From NCBI GenBank assembly GCA_964057225.1, contig OZ059894.1, positions 16,430,001 to 16,494,000 of the forward strand: a stretch of DNA of 64,000 nucleotides, given 5' to 3'. Positions 13,311-26,500 of the stretch are shown here, one piece after another. Positions within the stretch are counted from its first letter, which is position 1, and every line of letters begins with the position of its first letter. The notes beneath the pieces were generated by a model. That model saw only the letters and a program-made list of their open reading frames with translations. It had not been told where the DNA came from and ran no database searches. The DNA comes from Auanema rhodensis. Taxonomy: Eukaryota > Animalia > Nematoda. The position numbers and the translations under genes were made by a program.

Positions 13311-15115
13311 CATAAAATGTCATATTCTGATTTACTTTTATGAGAATCTGCATAAAGGAGTACGGTCAAGCCATATCCAACTGAATTCGTCATAAATAGA
13401 TTTATCATAATCATTATAAATTAATATATATTATTAATTTTAAAAAAAAATTATTATACACATAGTTAATAGAAAAAATAAATATAAATATAATTCCCTT
13501 TGGAGTTATATGTTTTGTATACATGTATGTATAGTAAAGTGCTACAACATGTGATCCGTAAATGGAGCAGCACACATTAAGAAACTCGCTCAAAGCTCTT
13601 GGGGCTTCAGAAAATGACCATCCGACATCCGGCAAAGACGACAACGAACATAACAATGAATCTTTTCATCACATATCTTCAGATATACATAAGGAAGATA
13701 TAGACAAGTGAAATGACAATGTATTTGAAGATGGGTAAATAGGATGTCTTACATATAAATCTGTTTCCATATATAACGTCAATAAAAGTTCTCAAATTTG
13801 GGAACATTTTCATGAATATGCTTAGTTTTAATTAGTAATTAAGTATTACTAGTTTGTATAGTTTATATAAACTGTATAAAAGAAAAAAGGAAATATTCAT
13901 TATTTCATTAGAAACTTAAATCTGAACTCAACTCTTTCACAACCACAAACCGATTTCATACTACAATTACATACAGAGGATTGCCTGATGTTTATAAATG
14001 GATTATACATGTAAATATTTAAGAGAAACCATAATAATCTGTTCAGAATGGAACAGAGATTGTCAGTTTCAATATAAATCCGCTGATTTTGAAGCAGCAT
14101 TTGATGACGATTCTAACTGGAAAAATGAAAAATAGAACGCTATGGTGAGGCAGACCATCTGATAGAAAAATAGTATTTCTTAGAAATACAATAAGCTGTC
14201 AACTTGATAGAACGACAGTCCTTGATATGAAAGTAGCAGGGGGTCTCCACCTGTTCGTCTGATTTCATCACTTGGATCAACATTCACTCTCTCAATTCAA
14301 TTGCCCTTTCACATAATTTACTTTAGAAAACTATTGAAGTTTATGAAATTGAAATTGAAATTAAAATGAATAGCCGGTAGGTTCAAAGGGGAAAATGAAC
14401 AGAACTGGGAAATGTAAAAAAGTAAAATGTACAGAGCATGAGTACAATCTGATTCATTCGAAGCAGGTGATGTACCAACACCTTCTTTTTCATCAAAAAT
14501 TGTGCTGTTCAATCCACTAAGTAAACTAGTACTTTCAAAACTTTCAAAACTTGAAAAACCATTTGTGTAAATGGTCGAGATTATCAGAATCAGGAAGGTG
14601 TACGTGTGAAACAACGTAGAGTAAACAAAAGAATTTGTCGTAATAAGTGGGAGATGAAGGCGAGTTCATATAACTTGAATGATAATACTTTATATGATAA
14701 AAGACAGCAATTTTTGAAAAAATCATACTTTGGGCAAGAATTGTGTTGTTGATTTCCATCTGGATTCTTACATGCAAAACAAGACGGCTAATCGGTGTGA
14801 CATTGCTATTCTGACGATGAGAAGGTCCGACATATTGGGTGAACCAGAGGATAGAAAGAGATAAAGAGAAAGAGTTGAATAGAGGAAAGGAGAGGAAAAG
14901 AGATAGACTGACCATATAATAGACGATATAGTAATGTCTGTCTAAATGTATTTGAATTGTTGGATATGATGATGATGATGATGATCAGTCAATTCTTCTC
15001 ATTCAAACATGCGCAACTGTACCAACTGACAACTTTATATGTAATTAAGCTTTGAAAGAGATTGTCACATTATTAAGAAAATCACAAAATACTTTGAGTA
15101 ATCATCAAAAAAGAA

Positions 15116-15120
<5 letters not shown>

Positions 15121-15146
<26 letters not shown>

Positions 15147-15220
15147 AAGAGAGAGAGAGAGAGAGAGGGAGAGAGAAAGAGAGAGAGAGAGAGAGAGGGA
15201 GAGAGAAAGAGAGAGAGAGA
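15121..15220. repeat. GA-derived 30-bp tandem repeat, 3 full copies plus a partial copy
   Basis: unit gagagagagagagagagggagagagaaaga at 15121, 15151, 15181. Confidence 0.95.
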
Positions 15221-16447
15221 ATATAGATGAATAGAATGAATGAAACTAAGAGAATGATTGTCTTGAATGAATACAATTTTTCTTTTTTCATTTTTTAAGA
15301 TTTTTAAGATAAAACCATAGACAACTGTATTACTTGTCAACTTTATAAAAAGAACTTATTTCATCATAAAAGCACATATTCTTACTAATAACTTAATCAT
15401 ATGTCAGGTATTTGTTCAAGAAAATGTTAAAAAAACTCCTCAAAATCAAACGAATAATCAAACTTCTTGTAAATATAGGTTTTCTCACTTTCATTTCTTT
15501 AACAAATTTCTTCAAACTATTGACTGAATTTTTGACAAAATTTTTCCAAAAACAGAAAAAAAAGTTTAAATGATGGTTAAGCGGAATGTATCCATCTAAA
15601 TTTCATATATATTGTATATCCAATGTAGTTAACAACATACGTGGCATTGCTAACTTAACTATCTGAGGGCCCACAATCACATCTGGTTTCGTTTGTTCGT
15701 TTTTAGGACATCATTTGATATATTTAAAGCAGTAGCATCATTACAAAGCTGTTAAAAGGGGAAAAAACCTTTATGTACATATCATCTAATAATAAAAAAA
15801 ATGTATATTATCAAAAGAATTTACAAATAAATAGAAAAAAGTCTTTTAATTTTAATTTGAAAGCCTTATTAAGGATGAAAATTTAAATGATTTTCATTTG
15901 AAAACCAAAAAAACGATATGAATATACATATATTCTTCTTGGAATCTATAGAAGCTTAAAAGGATTTAAGAAAATCAAATAAAATGATATATTGAATGTT
16001 TTATTTTTTAATCTTTTTATATAAAAATCATATAATTAACATGGATTTAAATGAATTATTTAAAAATAATATTCAGAATTAGAAAAAGAAAGTGGATTTA
16101 CTTACACATATACGTATAGTTTAATTTGTTTTTTTAAATTTAAAAATTAGAAATATTCTCATCTATTTTAGAAGTAAATGAATAAGATTTATGAGCATAT
16201 CACTCTGAATTACATCAGAAATAGATTTTTTTTCTATAAAAACTGTTCTTTTCAAAGCAAACAAGCAAAATAAAAAAAGCCAATGAATGTCAGCTGTTTG
16301 TGTGCCCTTTATCTGCTGCACCGCTTTAGTTGAAAAAGAACAGCTTGGAAGATAATTTTCCGGAACGGGAAAAACGTAAAAGCACAAAGTGGTCAAAGAC
16401 ATTGAAAAACGAAAAAATCATTGAGAGAAAAGAATAAAAAAAAGGCA

Positions 16448-16475
16448 AAGAAGAAGAAGAAGAAGAAGAAGAAGA
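16448..16475. repeat. (AAG)n microsatellite
   Basis: direct reading. Confidence 0.9.
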
Positions 16476-17205
16476 TGTCTTTTTGAAAATGACAATAATC
16501 TATCAAAGGTGTTAATGTGCTCCATTAACTATGGACATCGTCACCATCATCATACATACATGTATGTATGTATTGATGGTATATATGTATGTATTTATCT
16601 AATATACATATAATCAATATAATTTAAATTTTTTTCAAATATAGTTAAAGAAAAGAATTGAAAATCAAACTTTAGTTCGAGAATTCATGTGCATTGGATG
16701 AATTGAATTGGATGTTCTGGAGAGGAAAAGCCATAATTTAAAAAAATAGAAATAAAGTCTTAGAGATTAACTGGATTATTTGAAGCAATATAAGATATAA
16801 TTTAGAAAAATCAAACTATCATGAAGTACATGAAGATAATACAATTTTGAATAAGATGATGAGATGTGGATACTTCTAATGATGTTATCAGAAGGCTATC
16901 CATAAAGCTTCTAATTTAGCTCAAGCTAATCGACAAGCTCATGGCATTTACGAAATTGTAAAAGAAAGACAAAAGATTAATTAAAGAAGTGGTGAAAAAT
17001 GAAATTGAGAGAGAAAATGTTTGAATGAGATCTCACATTGAACATAGAATGTGAATGAAAAGGAGAAGCACAAATGAAAGAAACATTGGGTGGAAAATGA
17101 AAATAATTAAGAGAAAGCAGAGAAAAAGAGAGCAAAGGAAGATGGAGATATGGTATAATTATAAGAGAGAGAGAGGGATGAAGATAGAAAGAGATAAAAA
17201 GAGAA

Positions 17206-17207
<2 letters not shown>

Positions 17208-17244
<37 letters not shown>
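17208..17244. repeat. (AG)n microsatellite
   Basis: direct reading. Confidence 0.95.
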
Positions 17245-17246
<2 letters not shown>

Positions 17247-19811
17247 TTTGATGATGGCATAAGTGCTGGATGAGATATGTTCGTCTTCAGATCATTACAG
17301 CCTGTGCTTGGATGTCTTTTCTTTAATTTCTCTACACTGATTTTCTACAACCATCAACATATTCCACGTTCAGCTACATATTATGTTGTACAATCAGAAA
17401 TATTTCTTAATTTCTTTTCAAAAACTGAACATTTGCTTTTGAACCTATGGATCAGAAAAAAAAAGTGAGAGATGTGAACAGAAAAATGAATGAAACGGCA
17501 TGCTTCTCAGTTATTTAGTAGCTGATGTCTTATTTTCTTACATTCCACTTGGTAAAGAAATAATAGTTTCGCTTGACAAAAAGAATTTTTTTAAATTTTG
17601 GAATCAGCTTTAAAACTTTTTTTCAATTTCTTTGAGAATTTCAATATTTAGAGAAAATTTAGATAAGTCTTATCAATCAATTGAATTTTCTAAGCAAATT
17701 ACAAGAATGTAAATACTAAAAACAGAATAAAGAGACAGATGTTTCATTTGAGTCCAAAGGGCAATCATATAGGAAAACGACCAAAAAAAGAATTGAGAAT
17801 TGACAAAAATCCGTATGGACGATTAAGGAAAAAAAATGGATCGACTGCTGTCATCGTGTTTAGAGACATTCTCTATACACATCATCTACCACCTCCCAAA
17901 CCCTCCCCACCCCCCACCACTTCTTCCATTCCTTCTTCTCTCATCCCTCTCTCTCTTAGTTCCAAAAAATTTCATTTACATCAGTTGTAAGCCAGATTGA
18001 TATATGTTATTTCCTATCTATTCTGTCAATACATCATTAAAAATTATATAAATCCTACACAATTTATACAGATATTTTTTGTTTTAAAAGAATATTTTGA
18101 ATAAAAAAAAATAAATTAACTTCATAAAAAATTGATAATTAGCTTCACTTTCATGAGAAAAAAAATCTAATTAAAGCAGTGGATTGTAGAATCAGAATTG
18201 CAAATAGCATCTTCAATGTGATTTTAGGACAGAATGATTATGGATTGAAAAGAAAGAGAGTCACCTGTATTTCCCTTGAGACTACTAAATAAAGTAATTG
18301 GAAAAATGTGAATGAAGTAGAGAGATATCTAATTTTCTGAATAAAAAGACGATGATGTTAAAGTTAGTTTGAGAAGGTCAGATGAACGAGGATTTCTAAA
18401 GATTTTGAAGCAAATGAAAACAGGCAAAAGCCTCTTGTTCTAGATTCTCATACTTTTTTAAACTTTTTTTTTAAATAGAAGAAAAAGTTAAAAAGAAGAT
18501 GAACAATAAAATCAGAAAATGAAAAGTTGTATGAGATATCTCATCATGCCATTCATTTCTACTAGCTCCAGATGTCATTAACAACTCTCTTTTCTCTCTA
18601 CTTTATATGATATTTTCTATATTTTGTAGATATGAACTACTAATATGAGTGAGAGTTCAAGCAATAAATCAAAAAAAAGAAAGAATTGGCTTCTTAAACA
18701 AGTGACAAGAATTAGGTAGAAAATGAGCTAAACACAAGAAAATATAGATAACTGAATGTGTAAATCAAATCATTTTGAAGGAAAAGTAAATAAAAAAACA
18801 AGAAGAACCATAAAAATTCCAATACAAACTTTAAAATATAGATATTTGAAAAAGTGAAAAGTCAAAATGACAATCATTCTTCTTCTTTTCCCATTTATGA
18901 AGCTGCGAATTATTTAGAAGATAGGCCTAGAAGATGCTTCAGTGTCATTAAGATATGAATTGTGGAAGAACACAAATATTGTTTTTACGAAAAAAAAAGA
19001 AAAAAAGAAAAGAGAATATTCACCTCTCTGTACAAAGTACTTTTCAGAGAAAAAAAATTTATTATATGAAATACAAATAGTTTTATTCATAATTTCTATT
19101 TCTTATAAACATATAGTTACTCTTAGTTGTTACAGCTTCACACATTTTTGCAACAAAAGATGAGAAAAGATATTTTTTTCTCGGAAAATGTGTCTCTGAC
19201 CCCCGTCACGTTTCATATATTTCATCAAGTTTTGACTTGCAACACATAGTATCTATGAAATTTGCAAACACATTTTGGCGGCGAATCTGCTTGAACTGAA
19301 TAAATCATACGAGTACTAGAAGAAATTGAAACATATTTTTAAATTTCTATAGACATTCATGATGAAACTTTCTCATAAAATTATAAAAGAAATAAAATTA
19401 AATATATATGTAAATTAACAAAGTTTTATATCAAATATCACATAAAAACAGGTGAAAATAAGATAAAATTTATTTATAAATTACTTAAATTAGAAAAAGA
19501 AATAGAATTTATAAATAAAATCAATTTGTCAAACTTTAAATACATGATTTGAATGAATAAATATATAATAATTCATTCAAAAAAGATATTTCTTAACAAC
19601 AATCAAGATAATCCATTTTGAAATAAATTTATTTATTCAAATGTTATGACAGACTTGAGCACTTTTATTGGAATGAACTCAATAGATTTTCATTTTAGGT
19701 TGTAACTTTTCAAAATCTCCTCCCATAACTAATCACTCAACCATTTACTATGTGATAAACAGCTACGGGATTTTCAATGGATACTAGCTAACTAGCTTGA
19801 TTATTATTTGC

Positions 19812-19814
<3 letters not shown>

Positions 19815-19851
<37 letters not shown>
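19815..19851. repeat. (AT)n microsatellite
   Basis: direct reading. Confidence 0.95.
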
Positions 19852-19855
<4 letters not shown>

Positions 19856-22800
19856 AATAAATCAATTGTATGACTACATCCATACATGTATGAGTCGACA
19901 GATAGGACCTAAGATACAGTTAGAAAAAGCTCATAGATGAAGCATCAAAAAGAAAGATGATTTCTTGATATTTAGATTAAAATCAAATATTTTATACTAA
20001 ATGCCAATAAGATTGACAGATTTCTTAAAACATTCATGTGTATGGTACAAGCAAAGGAATGATCTTGTTGAAAGAGAGGGGTGCTATGAGTGAAGCTTCA
20101 TCAAGATATCGTCGCTGTACGGGACTACATGACCTTTAGCTGACAACATGCATTTGCTTTAGGAAAATGAAATGAAATGGCTAAAAAGATAGTTAGATAT
20201 TCATATTAAAACCATATAGTTAGTAAAAAAATTATAATATTAAAAGTTAACTAAGATCAAATGTTATAAAATAAGTTTTAATTATAAGATAATAATTAAC
20301 TAATTAATATTAATAAATGACACTTTGGCACGCGTCAGAAATGATTAAATGATGTTTAATTTATAATTATTATCACTAAAGAGCAAACAGATTATGCGAC
20401 TTTATGGACAAACAATTCATTATTTCATCTTCTATCTAGGGAGGAGCACAATAACTAGTAGAATCAAGTCAAAACTACATAATAACAGTTACATATTAGA
20501 GAAATATTCAATATATACATACATGTATATATCGGTTTTAGAATATAAAGTTTAATATACAGTATAGATTAGAAATTACTTGGTTAATGATGGTCAGTAA
20601 GAAAGGAGAGTCCTTTGCGGTAGGTCAGTCAGATAGATAAGGAAAGACATAAAATATCCATATGAAGACATATAATTAACCTTTTGTTATAATAATATTG
20701 ACTATATATAAATATTTTATGAAAAATAAAAATATTCGAAGATAAACTAAAACTAAAATATTATTTTTACAAGCTTAAGCAAGTAAACTAGTGTTCGAGG
20801 TAACCTTGTTGCTGTTGCTATGACTATGTAGGAGAGAGGACATAAAAGAAAAGAAGAAAGGAAGGAAGGAAGAAATGAATGAAAATTAGTTATTTCATAT
20901 AAACTTTTATTTTTTTTAAATTAATCTTATATACTAGATATACATAGATATACATTTAAGTTATAACATTGCAAACTAAAATATTGAAAAAACAAACTTT
21001 TTTTCGTCAAAACTAAAATTTTTCACATGGAATTAAAGAAATTTTCATATGAAAAAACAAAGGAACGCTATAGATTTTTTAGCTTTCTGATTCAGAGAGA
21101 CAACATGATCTAGATAAATTCTTGTAATTCATTAGAAAATCTCAAAAAGAGTACATGATGATAAGTTGAAAGAATCCCCCTTTCGTGGGGGTGAGAAGAA
21201 AAAAAACGTCAAAAGGGAAAGGAAAAGAGAATGAGAGCAAGACGGATCAAACGAGAATACAAGACTCATGAATACAATGACAGATAGGAATTGAGCTGAA
21301 TCCTATTCAGGCCTCGGACCATGTGTCGCTTTGAGGTTACAATGTGAAACACACATAGCAAATGCCTAACAAATACTTCTGTTATCTTGCCGACATGAAG
21401 GTAACAACCTAGGTGGTCAGAGTAGTTCTCTATCCGAACAAGAGACAACTTAAACGTTCATCTATACATGCTCTCTTCAAGTAGATAAGTCATCAACAGC
21501 ATTTGCATGTGCATTTTCAATATAAAAATATTCCATGAGAATCAATATAACTTCTTCAATTTTTCCGCAAAATAAAGGGAAAAAAGGAAAAAAGTGAACA
21601 GCCTCTTGAACTTCATCAATTCAGCTGTTGCCCACATACATGGTGTACCCATTCCCCCCTTTAGAAATGTTAAGAAAATCAGGTTGGCCGGCCAGTTAGT
21701 TAGTTTCATCTAAAAACTTGTTGTCAAACTGACTTACCATAGAAAATTTCAGCTGATTTATAGTAAATGCTTTAATCGTTTTCCATAAAAATCAACAATA
21801 TCTTCTCTGAATTGTTTTGCTTGTAAGATAATATTAAAGAATAAATTATATAAATTTATAAATTATATGATATAGTTAACGAATAAAAAAAAATGTCTTG
21901 ATATAGAATATTATTGAAATCTTATTGGAATACATTCATTGATATACATACATGTTCGTGTAAGGTGTGGCATGATTGCAATCAAATTGAACATTCCAAA
22001 GGAATTTATCGGCAAAGCTTTGAAGAAAGATCATGAGCGATAAATAAATGTTTTTATTGAGAAAGAACATGACTTTTCCCCCAAACACACAAATGCCATT
22101 ATTCAAATCCAGCCTTGTTGTTAGTCGTAATATTCCGATCTTTAGTGTAATTATTGGAGAAAATAATTTTCAATGAAAACTTAATAATAATTAAAAATAA
22201 ATAAAAAAATTTTGAAATGATAATTAACAAATTGAAAGTATATTTCCTTTTTTGAATCAATTTTTGCGCCAAATAATAGGCTGACAGAACCATACAGATT
22301 AACGTAAGATCTAATATACTCAGTAGATTTCGGTAAAAAATAAAAAGAAAAGATGAAGATATAGCAAATAAGGTCAATGAACAGCATCAAAGAGGCTGGT
22401 AATCCACTCATCAGAACCAGATGCCAAACGTGAGTTCTTCCTCACCCCAACCCATCAATCCCCAAATCTCATACATTGGTAAGGCAAACATGATATGAAT
22501 GACAACTATTCTTTAAATAAAAAAACCTCGTACCTTACTATTCCTTTCCTCAGAATTCAGAAGTATGAGAGCTATAACCGGCTAGACTGATTGATTTGGG
22601 AAAAATAGCATTTTCACGTGAATTTTACTCAAATTCATTTTTGAGCAAACTATAGGTCAAAGATCAATTGTAATAATAATTTTTGTGTTTATTAAATTTA
22701 GAAAAGAGTTGTTTTCTTTTGTCAATTCAGCTATTTAGTCATTTCTTATCGTATCATTTGATGGTAGAAAGACGAAATTTCAATTTTATATATTGGTTTT

Positions 22801-23535
22801 CACAATCATCATATTTATTATTTATAATTTATATATTATATATATAATAATAAAAAGTATCATCAAATACCTTAAGAACATTAGATAAAAAAATTTATTT
22901 TAATGCATTTGTTTGGAAATGAATACAAATGCGAAAATTTGTTTTTAAACAAATAAAACTGATCATCAATACGGTACATTACAGTATAAATTGTGAAAAA
23001 AAAATTGACAAAGTCAGGCATTCAAGTTCGAAAGGCTTAGAACTTTTAAGGAATATTAGAATGATGTGAGCAATAACAGGGTACAATTAATAATAATTTG
23101 ACAAAACAAATTTTAAAAAAAGACCAAAAAACAGTGAAAAAGGAAGAAAAAAATTATAAATAAGAAGAGAAAATTGCAAAAATTGATATTATAGTTGTAT
23201 CACGAATCAGGTTAAAATTATCTATTTTTGGAATTAAAAAAAAAGAATAATTGAACTAGAAGAATTCAGGAATGTTTAAAAAAACAGAATCTAACATGAA
23301 AATCAATATTATTATTATTAGTTTAATTATAAATATAAATTTTAGTTTATAATAATAATAATAATATATTATGAATTTAATTATCATAATATAGATATAT
23401 ATATAGATATAGATATTCTTTTTTTAAAAATTTTGACAACTAGACCCATGGTAATGATGATCATCAAAGATGACAACAAAAATAAAAAGATTTTGAATGA
23501 TCATACATAGAGAAACATAGATTATATGATTTCTC

Positions 23536-26500
23536 TCATACATACCATTCTTTAAAATCTTTTTTCTTAATGACACCGCCATTTTTAGAATTTCCATTCA
23601 TCATCGATCGTCCATTTCCGTTCATTCCGTTCACACCATTCATGCCGTTCATACCATTTGGTATAACAGCTCCTTTCAATGGCTGATATCCATTTCCATT
23701 GACCTGAACAATCGAATGAATGCTTCTTCTTTAATGGAAATATTGCTTATCATACCTGTGGTTGTCTGCCTAGCAATGGTTGAGTTGATGGATCGACTCC
23801 TAACGGTGGTGAAAGATCTGGAGCTATTGCTGTATATCCTGACGGTGCTTTGACTCCATTAACAGCCTATCAAATCAAAATGTATTTGAACATCTATTAT
23901 GCATAGTAGTTATTGCTATCATAAGACTACTATCAGTTGAAACATACCATGGGATAATGGTCATTAGGAGGAGGATTCTGACGGCAGCGGAATACACAAA
24001 ATACTACAATTGCTATCAGAAGAACGACTGTTAATGATGCAATCATCACAAGAGCTGTACGAGGAAATTCCCCAGCTTCAGCAGTATTGTACTGAAAATA
24101 CGTGATTTAGCTATTGATGATAAATAGTTTTAGCATTGCAATTCGCTTATAAACCCCTTTATTTTACTTTTTTTATAATATTTATTTTTAAAATTATATA
24201 ATAAATTTATAATTATTATAATAACATATGCTAATTTACAATTTCTTTAACCCACTCCCTAATCAAAAGTTTTTCAAATTTGTACTGATATATGTTATTA
24301 ATTTTTTAATATAATATTAATATTTTATAAAGAATTAACTATATACTTTTACAAAGTATAAGTATTTTATTATTTAATAATCTTTAAAATATTTATTCAA
24401 ACTATTTACTTATTATTTCTTTCTCAAATAGCAATTGCTTAACCATCTCTTCATTTTCAATATGAAAAAGAAAGAGTAAGAGATAATAAGAGAGAGAAAG
24501 AGAGTAAAAGAGAGAAAAAGAGAGAGAGAGAGAGAGAGTAAAAGAGAGAGAAAGAGAGAGAGAGAGAGATTTGAAAATATTTTTTTTGGGAAGAAAGAGA
24601 TTGTTTTATGCTTTCTATATATATTATATATCTATGTATGTATTATAAATACTATACATATGTATATGTATATATGCTTCTAAGATGACTATTTGACAAT
24701 AACAGCCCCAAAAAACATATAATTGGAGATGCTTTTATATGATTTTTGAAATAGAAAACGGTGTAATCGTACCTTCATTGTTGTTGTGAGCAATTCGCCC
24801 ATAGGCGTCGTAGGCCTGACAGGATAAACTGTGAACGACGGAGTCGTTTTAGGCTTAGCTAGACGAGTTGTAGTTGTAGATATAAGTGTTGAAAATGTTA
24901 ATGAACTAGTAGCTTTATCTGAAAAAAAGAAAATTTAATATTAAAATAATATTATTGATTAATTGATTGATTAAATGATAAATGCTTTTGGGTGAACCAT
25001 ACACATAAAGTATTCTTAGTTATCTTCACGTACAAGCTATACACACAGATACACGTACACACTTAAAACTTAAAACTTATAAAGCAACATGAGCTCACTA
25101 AAGCTGATGAAGAGTGAGCAATAACATGCTTTTTCAAAACTTCTTTTAGTCTATTTAACTATTGAGAGAATAAATGAGGAAAAACGACAATAAGAGGATG
25201 ACTATGAACAAAAGGGAGGAGAATGGAAATTCATATAATCATCTTTAGATGAAAAAAAAAGAAAAGTTGTTTTCAACTTTTTGGCTGAATATGAAGAAAT
25301 AGCTGCAAATGGTGGAAAACCCTCTATATATCTTTCTCTTCTCACGCACAAAGAGAAGGAGAGGTAATGAGAGAGATGACGAAGCATTGAATAAGATGAA
25401 CAGAGAGAGAGAGAGAGAAAGAAATCGTTCAAAAAGTAAAATATTTGATTTATGATTCTAGTTTTAATTTGTATTTGTTTATTTATATTTATGTAAATTA
25501 GAAAGTTTGAGATTAAATATACCTTATAAGGTAAATGTTCAAAAATGATTTTCTTCTCTTTTTTTTTTGCTTATCTTGCACGTCAATACATTTCTCATGA
25601 AATATTTGAATTATTAAGTATTATTTTGTGTAAAAATGTAATGAAAAGATCTAATATCATTATTCTTTTTTTTCTTTTTTCTTCTTTTTTTTTGTCAGCA
25701 AATGTGCGAAAAAATTTTCAATAAGTAATATCATGTGCATGAAGCACATACATATGGGAAACGGTCGAGAACAAAAGTTTGAACAATTGCACTTTTCCTA
25801 ACGATATTGCCAGCAAAAAAGCAATTTAAGAGCTAAAATAGGAGAAGAAGAAGAAGATAGAAAATGAGTGAGGCGAGTAATGGTGTTGGAATCTTTGTTG
25901 GTACTCTCACAGCTGCATTGAGATCAGAATAGATGTAACATGTATTTCTATGAATATGAGGTTTGATCTCAAAACTATATTCAGAATATGTATAATATAT
26001 TCTAAAACTTTAAATTATATTAATTATATGTATATAAATAAATAAAAGAAAAAGAAAAGATAATAGTCAATGAACTATTCACTAGTTAACTCTAAGCTAA
26101 CAGGGATCTGTCTTGTTTCGCAAGCAATATTTGCCATCTGGTTAATATGGCTTCACTATTGCTTGCCAACTGATATGGCATTTCATTTACGTCTCATCAA
26201 TATTTTCTTTCACTTTGGCTTTAACAACGAATTTGGTGATAGTTTAAAAAGGATAGCTGTCGTTAAGGAGCTTAAGAAAGCCATCGGAAATCACAAAAAA
26301 AGTGTGAAGCATGCCTTGCTAAAGACAGGAAATAAAATCAATTTTTTTTGGAAAAAAAGAAATGAAATTGCTTGCAATAAGAAATAGTTCTTAAACTCTT
26401 GATGTTGTGGTGGTCTTACTACCCCATGTGCTCAAGCTTCAAGTTTAAATCAAGGCTTAGTTGAAGCAATCATGCGGTGAGTTCACGAATATATACTACA

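Noticed and set aside
15052-15340. RE-repeat and LS-repeat ORFs
   Set aside because: Translations of the GA microsatellite
26425-26480. gcttcaa...ttgaagc hairpin as miRNA, or plus-strand exon ending in GTGAGT
   Set aside because: Stem too short and imperfect for a pre-miRNA; no matching acceptor or ORF
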